From assembly GCF_964355755.1 (NCBI RefSeq), contig NC_092674.1, positions 14,632,001 through 14,696,000 on the forward strand: 64,000 nucleotides of DNA. The letters are read 5' to 3'. The stretch is from Antedon mediterranea (Eukaryota; Animalia; Echinodermata). A program made the position numbers and the translations under genes. The notes under the pieces are model-generated. The model was not told where the DNA came from and ran no database searches. It saw only the letters and a program-made list of their open reading frames with translations. Numbering within the stretch: position 1 is the stretch's first letter; each line of letters begins with the position of its first letter. Below, piece by piece: positions 26,264 through 36,756 of the stretch.

Positions 26264-27097
26264 GGATTAGGCCAAGTTGAGCCGCCGACAAGTTGAGCCG
26301 CCGCCAGAAAAACGTTATTTTCTATGAAACGCCAAATGCTTACTTTCGCCGGTGCTCGTTTCTATTTAATAGAAGTTCTATTTATATTAATTATTAGATA
26401 TAATAACGATGTATATTCCAAAGTTTATATATCACGGTTTTTAGTATATATTATTAAATATTATAATTAAAGAGAAATAATTATGAATATCTGACTTGTT
26501 TGTAGATTCCAAAATATAAGGCCTAAAACATGACCGAAAGTGATCGTTTTTAGCCAAAAATGACGTAAACATGTTTCCCCCTTAGGCGGCAGTTGTATGA
26601 ACTAGGCCTACTCCATTTTTCGGTAAAATAATTGCATAAAATCACCGTTTTTTAGTGAAATATTCTGTGTATTAACATTGTAAAATTCAATCAAATATGA
26701 TATTAAAAGATAGTAGATAAAAAATAATAATTATTTAACCTCATTCGAAGAGTATCAATACTCTATTACTTATTAGTCCTGAGAGACAACGTGATTTTAC
26801 GCGAGAAAAATATTATGGAGTGCACTGCATTTTTACCTTGAAAGATTAAAAACAATTAAATTATTAAATATGACTACTTTCCTTTGCTGTGTTGTTATGG
26901 CGGTTCAAACCAACAAAATTGTAGTATGTAATTATTATTTATTTTCATGACACAATAAACCTAAAGACCATGAACTTATGTACTAGGAAACCCCTCTATC
27001 ACTACGCGAAATGTCGTAAAAGACGCACTGGGCGTTTCATAGAAATTACCGGCGGCTCAACTTGTCGGCGGCCCAACCGGTCATATCCCGTTTTCCC
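26264..27097. mobile_element. MITE nested in the left arm of the P element
   Basis: Inverted subterminal GCCGCCGACAAGTTGAGCCGCC motifs at both ends and a flanking direct repeat CAGTTCGG (26256-26263 and 27098-27105). The exact ends and TSD length (5-8 bp) are ambiguous. Confidence 0.7.
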
Positions 27098-27293
27098 CAG
27101 TTCGGTACATCGCGGTTAGTAAAACAATCTGCATTAGATAAAGGTCTTTGTGCTATTCCGCCTGTTTAGGCCTAAATAAATATTAGAAGTAGGCCTATTT
27201 TGTTAACTTAAGAAAATAGAATTTAGATTTATAATAATTTATTATTTATAGGCCTCTACTCATTACTGTTTTTATGTCGTTATTTCAGTTTAA

Positions 27294-30200
27294 ATGAACG
27301 AATTACATCAATTGAATCTGGCAAATATTTGCCGGCTATGTCAATGTAACGGTACGACTGAGGAACATCGAAATCGTTCACTACCTTTCAAAAAGGAGAA
27401 ATACAGTGAACTTATCACAAAATGGCTGAATATTGATGTTAGCAACGATGATGAAAGTGTACACCCTCCTTGTATATGCTCAAAATGTGAACGGAAATTG
27501 CGAAGTTGGCGTGATAGGGCAAAGAAAAAGATGCACGTAACAGTTTCAATTGAGGTTAAGCCGTTTATTGCACATTCGTCTTCTGATTGCTTAATTTGTG
27601 GTCCTGCTGCATTAAACCGCGATGTTCTGGAGATTGAATCCATAAAACGAGGCTACATTGTAGTAAAGGAAGAAAAACGCCTAATTTTAATTGAATTTGA
27701 TTCAGCCATTTTACAAAATAAGCGATGCGTTTCTATTCAAAGCAACGGTAACTGGGAAATTGTTATACGAGGTAAAAAAATAGATCATAAAAACTGCGCC
27801 TTTCTTTCAGATATACCAGAAGTTTTGGAAACCGAAAACATTAGCACTTTTCTAGATCTCATATCTATGCCTTTATGTGGTGGTAACCTGATTCCAGCCC
27901 CTTTGAAAATGAAAACTTCTTTTAAGGGTACAAATGGGAAAGAAATTGCCTATGTTGAAGATGACATTATCAGGCATGTTAAGTGCGAGGTTTTTGTAGC
28001 AACCGGTCGCCAATGTAAAGTTTGTCGCGTGTATGGAGTAAATGTTAGAGCGATGACGGCGTATGCACGCAAGAGAACGAAAAACTTCTTAAAAACCGAA
28101 TCATCGTCACATGTGACGTTTTCCGTTCTTTCCGAAGAAGAAAAGAAAAAAAGATTACAGAACATGAAGAAAGATAAAAAACGTCTCACAGCAAGGAACA
28201 AGACACTAACAAATGAAATCGCAGAAATGCTAAACAAGGAATCTGTGAAGTTAAACGACAAACAAAACGATGCATTTTGCACTATTCTAGATGAGTCTAA
28301 ATGTTCGTTGAACTTTCCTGACGGATCTCCAGAAAAACTACTTTTTGAAGAACAACTGCAGGCAGTAGCGTTACGAAACAAGAAAGGAATAAGATGGCAC
28401 CCAGCTATAATGCGCTTATGCATGGCCCTACACACCAAATCTCCTGCCGCTTACCAATTTTTAAAGGAGTCTGGGATGCTTGTGTTACCACACATAAACA
28501 CTATCAGCAGGTACAAGCACTTTACAGATGCTGTAGCTGGTATAAATCCCGATATTTTAAAGCACGTGGCAACAGAGATGAAGATTCATTCTCAAAAGGA
28601 TTATGAAAAGAATGTTGTTATTGCTATTGATGAAATGAACATCAAGAGCGGGATGGTTTATAATCACAAAACCGGAAAAATCGACGGTATGACAGAACTG
28701 GGAGCACTGAATGAAGAACTCAAAACGTTCCGAATGTCAGTAGAAGGACGAAACCAAAGTGAATGCGCAACGCATGTCCTAGTAATCATGGTGATGGGCA
28801 TCTTTACGAGTCACCGATTACCCATTGCATATTACCCATGTCGAGCAATGACAGGGGACCAACTATTTCCAATTATCTGGAATATTGTTGAAGCTCTAGA
28901 ATTCTTAAGCTTAAAAGTCCGTGCAGTTATTGCAGACGGAGCGTCCACCAACAGAAAATTTTTCAAAATACATAGCACTGACGACGACCGACTGCAATAC
29001 AAGACTGTCAACCTGTATGCACGCGATAGAGATATATATTTCTTCTCGGATGTCCCGCACCTTATAAAGACAACACGAAACAATTGGGAGAAGTCTTGGT
29101 CCAGCAGAACTTCAAGAAAACTAATGGTAAGTTATACGTTACCGTATCCAAACCGATAAATCTTAATCGGTTAAATAAATTATTTTTTGTAAAACAAATA
29201 ATAATAATCTTCTTTTGTCCACAGAACAAAGGAAAACCAATCAAATGGTCGCATCTGGTAAAAATCTACGAACATGATATAGGTCTTGAACAGAAATCTC
29301 CTGGACTAAGAATTTTACATAAACTAAAGAACGAGCATATCTACTTGACACCATCATTGCGGATGCGAGTGTACCTTGCTGCACAGGTATTGAGATCAAA
29401 AGCTATGTTAATGAACCTATATGTCACAACCGACCCTACTATCCTGATTTGACATTTAATACTTTTTAACACGTTTTCTCACAGGTACTTAGTAGCACTG
29501 TTGCTAACGCTTTAGAGCTACTTGGTGATGACGAGCTTTCCTCAACGGTACAATTTGTTAGGATGTTCAATCGTTTTTTCGATTGCTTGAACGTTAAGAA
29601 TTCTTACGAGGGTAGGAATAAAAGAAATCCAGACCTTAACCCATACCGCAGCTCCAATGACGAACGCTTTACGGTAGGTCCTCGTCATAATGTCTAGATT
29701 TTTATTCAAATAAAACAAAGTGCAGTTATATTTGCTCATTATTGTATTATAGTAGGTACTGTAAATTTATTTCATGTTATAAAAGAAATGGCTTTTCAAA
29801 TATGTACGGTAATCATGAATGATAAGCCAGCCTACCTACATTCAGACATTTATTTGATAATTTTATATTCTCAGTGGCTGACAGACGTGTTTTTGAAATA
29901 CATCGACGACTGGGAAAATCAGCCTACAGTGGGAACGGGAAACGCAAAACGCTGCTTAAGCGAACAAACACTTACTGGCTTACGGATAACAGGTATGAAC
30001 AATTATAATTAAGTTCGTGACCCGTTAACAGCCTGAATTGTGTCATCAACAACATATATTTTTATATATATGTACAAATAAAAATATTTAAATTAATTTT
30101 CTTTTTAATTCTGACAGTTGTTATATATGCATGTTGTAACGACGCCTTTGGCGTGCCATAATTGTTCTCTCTCTTCTGAATAAATGTTCAGTTGTACACG

Positions 30201-33200
30201 CTGTGTTTAGAGCCCTTACTTTGCATTATAATTTATTATATACAACATAAATTTTGGCGACGAGGATGAGCATGGCAGTTATAATAGGAAAGGTGGAAGA
30301 ATTTGATTCATCTTTAGAAGCTTGGGATTCGTATACCGAACGGTTAGATCAATATTTTGTAGCCAACAAGGTCGATGATGATCGGAAGGTACCGGCATTG
30401 CTTGCACTCATCGGACCGAAAACGTACACGCTACTAAAGAATTTGTGTTCACCGGAGAAACCAGCGACACTGTCTTACGCAGATTTAATTACAAAGCTCA
30501 CGACACATCTTTGCCCAAAGCCATCGGAAATCGCTGAACGATTTCGGTTCTACAAAAGAGAACAGCATAGCGGGGAAAGCATTGCTTCATACATTGCTGA
30601 ACTACGAAGGTTAGCCATTCATTGCAATTTCGGAAACACTTTGACCTCGACACTGCGAGACATTTTCGTCTGCGGGTTGCGTCAAGAGAACATTCAGAAA
30701 CGTTTACTGGCGGTTCATGACCTTAAATTAGATGATGCAATTAAAACCGCTGTAGCTATGGAAACAGCAAGTCGTGATGCTACAGAATTTCAGAAAACAA
30801 GGACACCAAATACTACAGGTGAGAGCAATGTAAATAAGTTTACTACAAAAAATTACCAATCTAAAAGACACCAAGGTCATAAACAAAGTAAAGCATCTAC
30901 ACACTGTTACAGATGTGGTAATACAGGCCATAAAGCTGATCGCTGCAGGCACATACATACTGTTTGCAATTACTGTTCCAAGGAAGGACATCTAGAAAAA
31001 GTATGCATGAAGAAAAAGAAAGACAATAATGTGTCAAAGCCTAACACTGGTAACCTTAAAAAGAATGTACAGTATGTACAGGGAGAGGAAGTCAACTATG
31101 AACCTATGCTATATGCAAATCATAAGTCAAAAGTGGAGCCAATTATAGTGGTTGCATCTATAAATGGAAAGAAAATCCCTATGGAATTGGACACTGGATC
31201 ATCAGTATCACTGATTCCAGAGTTGACCTACAAGAAAGCATTCCAGTCGTTACCATTACAGAAAACTACAATTAGGTTGAAAACATATTCTGGTGAGACT
31301 ATTGTACCAATAGGCATGCTAAATGCTAAAGTGTGTCTTAACAATCATGAAGAAATTGCAGAGTTATTGGTCGTTCCATTGAACGGACCAGCCTTATTCG
31401 GACGTGATTGGCTAAAGAAGTTTAAATTAGATTGGCATGAAATAAAAGCCATTGATGAGGCAAAAGCAACAACTAAAGGTCTGGATGAAATTTTAGAAAA
31501 ACATAAAGCTGTTTTTAAAGATGAATTGGGGAAACTGGAGAATATTAAAGCTAGTATCTACATCACTGAAAACAGCAAACCACAGTTCCACAAGCCAAGA
31601 AATGTCCCATATTCAATGAGGGACAAGGTCGAAAAAGAGCTTGGACGACTACAAAATCAAGAGATTATTAGCCCTGTGAAATACAGCGAATGGGCAGCTC
31701 CCATTGTACCTGTACAGAAGAAGTCAGGGCAAGTTAGAATCTGTGGTGACTTTAAAGTTACAATTAATCCTGTGATGAAAGTAGAACAGTACCCATTACC
31801 TAAAATAGAAGATATCTTTGCATCTCTAGCAGGAGGTCAGAAATTTACAAAAATTGACCTTAAACAAGCATATTTACAGATGGAAGTGGAAGACACTTCA
31901 AAGGAACTGTTAACTATTAATACGCATAAAGGGTTATTTAGATATAACCGACTTCCATTTGGTGTAGCCTCAGCTCCTGCAATCTGGCAAAGAGCGATGG
32001 ACCAGGTACTGCAAAATGTACCCTTTACATCTTGCATATTGGATGATATGATCATCAGCGGAAAAACAACTGAGGAACACTTAAAAAACTTGGACACAGT
32101 TTTAGAGAGATTAGAGAAATACAACTTAAGAGTAAATCGTGAGAAATGTGAGTTTTTCAAAGAGGACATCACATACTGTGGTCATGTGATAACTGAAAAA
32201 GGGTTACAGAAATCCCCTGACAAGATACATGCAGTTATCAATGCGCCAAAACCTGACAACAAACAGCAAATGCGATCATTCTTGGGTTTAATAAATTACT
32301 ATCGTAGGTTTTTGCCAAACTTATCGTCCATAGTCGCACCCCTGAATGAACTCTTACAAAATGAAAAAACTTGGAAATGGACAAATTCATGTGATGAAGC
32401 TTTTAAAGCGGTCAAAGAACTTATAACTTCAGACCAAGTTCTATGCCACTATAATCCTGAACTAACAGTTAAACTAGCCTGTGATGCATCGCCATACGGC
32501 CTTGGTAGCGTTCTTTCACATATTATGCCAGACGGAAAGGAAAGACCAATTGCATTTGCTTCTCGCTCCTTAACAAAAGCTGAAAAGGGCTATGCCCAAA
32601 TAGATAAGGAAGCATTAGGACTTTATTGGGGAATACAAAAGTTTCATACTTACCTGCATGGCCGACATTTTACTTTGGTTACAGATCATAAGCCGCTAGT
32701 AAGCATCTTGCATCCACAAAAGTCAATTCCATCAATGACTGCTGCAAGACTACAAAGATATGCCCTTTACCTATCTGGACATACATATGATATCGAATAT
32801 CGCAACACGCACGCTCATGGGAATGCTGATGGATTGAGTAGATTGCCTATACCTACAGATGTGATTGATTACGTCGATGAGGCATCTACATTCTACACCT
32901 CCCAGATTGAAAGGTTGCCGATATCAAGTACAGAAATACGGAAAGAAACACAGAAAGATCAGATTCTGTCACACGTATTAGATACTGTTTTAAAAGGGAC
33001 TAACAAACTTCCTGACAAAGAAGCGTACACACCCTACAAGCGCCGTCTTACAGAACTTACTTGCCATCAAGGGTGTTTAATGTGGGGAAATCGAGTACTA
33101 ATTCCAGATAGACTTCGTGCTGCTATTCTTAATGAAATACATGATGGACACATTGGGATTGTTAAGATGAAAAACTTAGCTCGCTCTTACATCTGGTGGC

Positions 33201-34832
33201 CTAACATTGATTGCGAAATTGAACAAGTTTGTAAATCTTGTATCGGTTGCCAGCAAACAAGCAAAATGCCAAAATCCGCACCAGTACACCCTTGGGAGTG
33301 GCCATCTGCCCCATGGGATCGCTTACATATAGATTTTGCAGGGCCATTCATGAACTCTATGTTTTTAATTGTTGTTGACGCCCATAGCAAATGGCCAGAA
33401 GTTTATCCAATGAGATCTACTACAGCACAACTGACTATTGAGAAATTGCGAATTATGTTTAGCCAATATGGTATTCCCAGACAAATTGTATCGGACAACG
33501 GTCCTCAATTTAAGTCGGAGGAATTTACAGATTTCATGAAAGCAAATGGTATTCGACATACCACATCATCCCCATATCACCCCAGAACAAATGGCCTAGC
33601 AGAGAGATTTGTGCAAACGTTTAAATTGGCCATTAAGCAAGCAAGAGGAAACAGTTGTTGTTCATTACAGCAACATCTGAGTACATTTCTGTTTAAGTAC
33701 AGAACAACTCCTCATACACTTACCAAGGAAACACCTGCAAAATTACTCTACGGACGCAATCTACGAACGCGTTTGGATCTTTTGAAACCGGATCTAACAG
33801 CTACTGTCTTGAAAGGTCAAGATCGTATGAAGTTTGCAAAACATTGTGGAACCAGTATCCGAGAGTTTCAACCCGGACAATCAGTAATGGTCCGTGATTA
33901 TCGTAACACAAACCAGAAATGGATACCAGCTCAAATACAAGGAAAAACTGGTCCACTATCTTACACAGTTGACACAGGACTTGGAACAGTATGGAGGCGT
34001 CATGCTGATCAACTACACCCAACTATGGTGAATGTCACTCCTACAGAAATATTCACCCAGGATGACCATGTTCCAGAAATACTAAATCCAACAGACGCTC
34101 CACAATCAGATAACCTTACTCGAAATGTTAACGCCGACACACCTGTTACAACTGGCAGCGCATCTCTTACACAAGAAACTGCACCCATACGTCGATATCC
34201 AAAAAGAAATAATATTCGCCCACCAAAGAGACTAGACTTGTAAATAGACATGAAACAAGAAGTTGATTTTAGTTGAACTTTATTATTCATTATTGCATTG
34301 AAAGATATTATACAGAAAACTTTGATTGAAACATTATAATTACGAATGATTACAGAACAGTACAGAACTCTAGAATCTAGTCTTTACTATTCTTAAAATG
34401 GTAGGGAGGATGTGTTATATATGCATGTTGTAACGACGCCTTTGGCGTGCCATAATTGTTCTCTCTCTTCTGAATAAATGTTCAGTTGTACACGCTGTGT
34501 TTAGAGCCCTTACTTTGCATTATAATTTATTATATACAACAACAGTGAAATCGTTTGTTGAGCTCACTAAGTTGTTGCTTGAAATACCGGGAGTAGAATT
34601 TATTTTGAGTCGTAAGTTCAACCAGGATCCGTTAGAACAGTATTTTTCTAAACAACGCAGTGCTGGAGGGCAAAATACAAATCCAGATATCACCCAGTTC
34701 TCCAACAATTATTTAATTTTACATGCTACTGGACGTTGCATCAAAGCTGCAAAAAGAGGAAATACAAGAAGAGAGGGTGAATCAGTCTCTAACTTGCTTG
34801 ATGGAACACCTTTGGCCAAGAAAAAGAAGTAA
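27294..34832 (+). CDS. P-element/THAP9-family DDE transposase with a RAG1-like N-terminal zinc domain, join(27294..29126,29225..29386,29485..29673,29875..29992,34546..34832), 862 aa
   Basis: All introns are GT-AG with consistent phases (0,0,0,1). Motifs include RWHP..SPAAYQFL..LP, IAIDEM, VIADGASTNR, FSDVPHLIKTTRN, MRVYLAAQV, FFDCLN and NQDPLEQYFSKQR. An in-frame TAA lies immediately before the ATG. The last intron contains a Gypsy element. Confidence 0.92.
30119..34541 (+). mobile_element. Intact young Ty3/Gypsy (Mag-like) LTR retrotransposon
   Basis: Identical 129-bp TG..CA LTRs (30119-30247 and 34413-34541), 5-bp TSD ACAGT, PBS TGGCGACGAGGATG (tRNA-Ser-like) and a purine tract before the 3' LTR. 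Confidence 0.97.
30266..34243 (+). CDS. Gypsy gag-pol polyprotein (gag with two CCHC knuckles, protease, RT, RNase H, integrase)
   Basis: Single uninterrupted ORF with LDTGS, ILDD, DAS..EAL..TDHKPL, HHCC, and IDFAG/VSDNGPQF/NGLAERFV. First ATG at 30266. Confidence 0.96.
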   Translation: MSMAVIIGKVEEFDSSLEAWDSYTERLDQYFVANKVDDDRKVPALLALIGPKTYTLLKNLCSPEKPATLSYADLITKLTTHLCPKPSEIAERFRFYKREQHSGESIASYIAELRRLAIHCNFGNTLTSTLRDIFVCGLRQENIQKRLLAVHDLKLDDAIKTAVAMETASRDATEFQKTRTPNTTGESNVNKFTTKNYQSKRHQGHKQSKASTHCYRCGNTGHKADRCRHIHTVCNYCSKEGHLEKVCMKKKKDNNVSKPNTGNLKKNVQYVQGEEVNYEPMLYANHKSKVEPIIVVASINGKKIPMELDTGSSVSLIPELTYKKAFQSLPLQKTTIRLKTYSGETIVPIGMLNAKVCLNNHEEIAELLVVPLNGPALFGRDWLKKFKLDWHEIKAIDEAKATTKGLDEILEKHKAVFKDELGKLENIKASIYITENSKPQFHKPRNVPYSMRDKVEKELGRLQNQEIISPVKYSEWAAPIVPVQKKSGQVRICGDFKVTINPVMKVEQYPLPKIEDIFASLAGGQKFTKIDLKQAYLQMEVEDTSKELLTINTHKGLFRYNRLPFGVASAPAIWQRAMDQVLQNVPFTSCILDDMIISGKTTEEHLKNLDTVLERLEKYNLRVNREKCEFFKEDITYCGHVITEKGLQKSPDKIHAVINAPKPDNKQQMRSFLGLINYYRRFLPNLSSIVAPLNELLQNEKTWKWTNSCDEAFKAVKELITSDQVLCHYNPELTVKLACDASPYGLGSVLSHIMPDGKERPIAFASRSLTKAEKGYAQIDKEALGLYWGIQKFHTYLHGRHFTLVTDHKPLVSILHPQKSIPSMTAARLQRYALYLSGHTYDIEYRNTHAHGNADGLSRLPIPTDVIDYVDEASTFYTSQIERLPISSTEIRKETQKDQILSHVLDTVLKGTNKLPDKEAYTPYKRRLTELTCHQGCLMWGNRVLIPDRLRAAILNEIHDGHIGIVKMKNLARSYIWWPNIDCEIEQVCKSCIGCQQTSKMPKSAPVHPWEWPSAPWDRLHIDFAGPFMNSMFLIVVDAHSKWPEVYPMRSTTAQLTIEKLRIMFSQYGIPRQIVSDNGPQFKSEEFTDFMKANGIRHTTSSPYHPRTNGLAERFVQTFKLAIKQARGNSCCSLQQHLSTFLFKYRTTPHTLTKETPAKLLYGRNLRTRLDLLKPDLTATVLKGQDRMKFAKHCGTSIREFQPGQSVMVRDYRNTNQKWIPAQIQGKTGPLSYTVDTGLGTVWRRHADQLHPTMVNVTPTEIFTQDDHVPEILNPTDAPQSDNLTRNVNADTPVTTGSASLTQETAPIRRYPKRNNIRPPKRLDL

Positions 34833-35033
34833 AGTAAGACTAATAACATCGTACTTATTTTATTAAACTGGTAAATAAAAAAAAACATCATCATCATAGC
34901 CTAATATTAAAATATATAAAAAAACATGAAAACATTTTATCGCCAAGGAAAAACCAAATATACATTGGCTAATTTATGTCATGCTATATTCAATTGTTAT
35001 TAGTATGATGTAAAATCATTGTGCGTATTAATT

Positions 35034-36756
35034 TCATTTCTTTGTATTTGTCTTTTTAGGTAGTCTTTTTCTAAGAGGCTTTTCTGACTTATTTGTTTTT
35101 GTTTCTTCTTTTTTTCTTAGTATCAACATGTTTACTCGGACAAACGCAGTACAACGGATTTTAACAAAGTATTTTATCACCGTCGTCAGGAAGTGTGTAC
35201 TGGGTGCACCGTGGAGCTTTCCGTCGACAAGTGCGCACCACAACTGTTGTATCATAGCGTCGTTAATAACAATATTTATTATCTCGTCACTCATGCTTAA
35301 TGATTTGAATGTTAATATTTTCGAAACATGTAGTACTCGTCTAGTCAAAACTTCTACCCTCCTAAAGAAGATATAAACATTATGGTTGACTTTAAACAGT
35401 CCCCCTCTACTTTGCTTGTCAATCCATTTTTTTGAATACGTATAGAAGTTATCGCCGTCAGGTTCAACTCCTTCCTTCGGTTTCCCTTCCTTCCACGATG
35501 AGAGCATATGGCAGAGAGAAGAGGCTTTAGTGCCTTTAAACCGTTTAATCAACGCGAATGGAATGTAGCCAGCAACATACCGTATAACTTGTTCGTCTTT
35601 GGAAGTCAGTAGATCTTCATCCTGGTTATCCGTTTCTGTCGGTTTCTCGACTCGGTTCCGTTCAGCCACAATATTGGCGTACATTGTCCTCATCACATAA
35701 CTGTAAAGTATATCTGATACTCTACATTTTCTGCCACATAATGTTTTCCAATGTTGAAAAATGTCTTCATCCTTAGATATAAGTGAATTCAATTCCCTGA
35801 ACATGCATTCATTAGCTTCTGGTCCTAAAAATGTATTGTCACCGCTGGTAACCACAGTCCACAACTTTCTTGTTGTTTTCCGAGCGAATTCTGTAAATGT
35901 TGACATATTACCTGTTAAGATCTGTGCCGCTATTTCTTGCGCTATTTCGGCGTTAGGAAACGAGCCACTGAACATCGGATGCGATTTGATTGACAATACA
36001 GACGTTCGTAAATTTTCGTTGGCAAACTCCAATGCCTCGTCCCCGCTATACACGTTTTCGGGGCGTTTCATTTTACCTAAATAAATGTAAATACAAATAA
36101 ATTATAGGCTTCACAAAACATTAGTGGAAATCGGCATGCTTAAACTTATATCCCACTTATGTTTTCCCACCCCATTTATTATGCTAGACGTTTTTAGCCA
36201 TTAAAATTAATCTTAAATACACTTTTTTTTTTAAATTTTTGATATATTTGTTGTCGTTTTATTAGTTGTAGTAGTAGTAGTTGTATGACTGATTTCATTT
36301 ACACGTAAAATAAAAGGCAATCCAAATAAAATATATAAGCCTAATTAATAGTTTTATATCAACATTTGAAGAGTTTTGTATATGTCTGCTAAACAGAATA
36401 TTGTAGTTGAATTCATTACTTTTTTACAATCATAAAAGCTTACCTTTCTTTAGTTTTTGGGTGTGCAAATTATCTGTAGAAATGGCGGATTCGGTGCAAA
36501 CGTAACATTTCCATTGGCCCTTCGGTAGAGAGTCTTGTGTTACTCCAACGCAACGAAAATGGTACCATTTCAAACATTTGGGATTTTCGCACCCTATCAT
36601 TTCTGCATCATCTTTTTCTTTACAAACACAATTAAACTCGTCTGTCACATCTTCGTCACCGGAATTAAAGCTTAAATCTTCTAATTCAAAATCTAAATCG
36701 GAAAAGTCGGACTCGTAGTAAAAGTCGTCTTGTGCAGTTTTCTTAGGACGCGTCAT
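35034..36756 (-). CDS. Transposon-encoded protein with an acidic region, a PHD finger and a P-transposase-CTD-like domain, complement(join(35034..36076,36444..36756)), 451 aa
   Basis: Exon 1 has a D/E-rich stretch and CVC..MIGCENPKC..WYHFRCVG..PKGQWKCYVC (PHD). A phase-1 intron GTAAGC..TTTAG joins it in frame to the 345-aa ORF containing VIRYVAGYI and WIDKQSRGGLFKV..FFRRVE. Confidence 0.88.

Noticed and set aside
27341-28438. Antisense ORFs over the transposase (and similar ones over both gag-pol genes)
   Set aside because: Shadow ORFs of the coding strand with no recognisable motifs.
30254-30265. TTG start given by the ORF track for gag-pol
   Set aside because: The context is eukaryotic and the TTG overlaps the PBS. 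The ATG at 30266 (or 30272) is more plausible.
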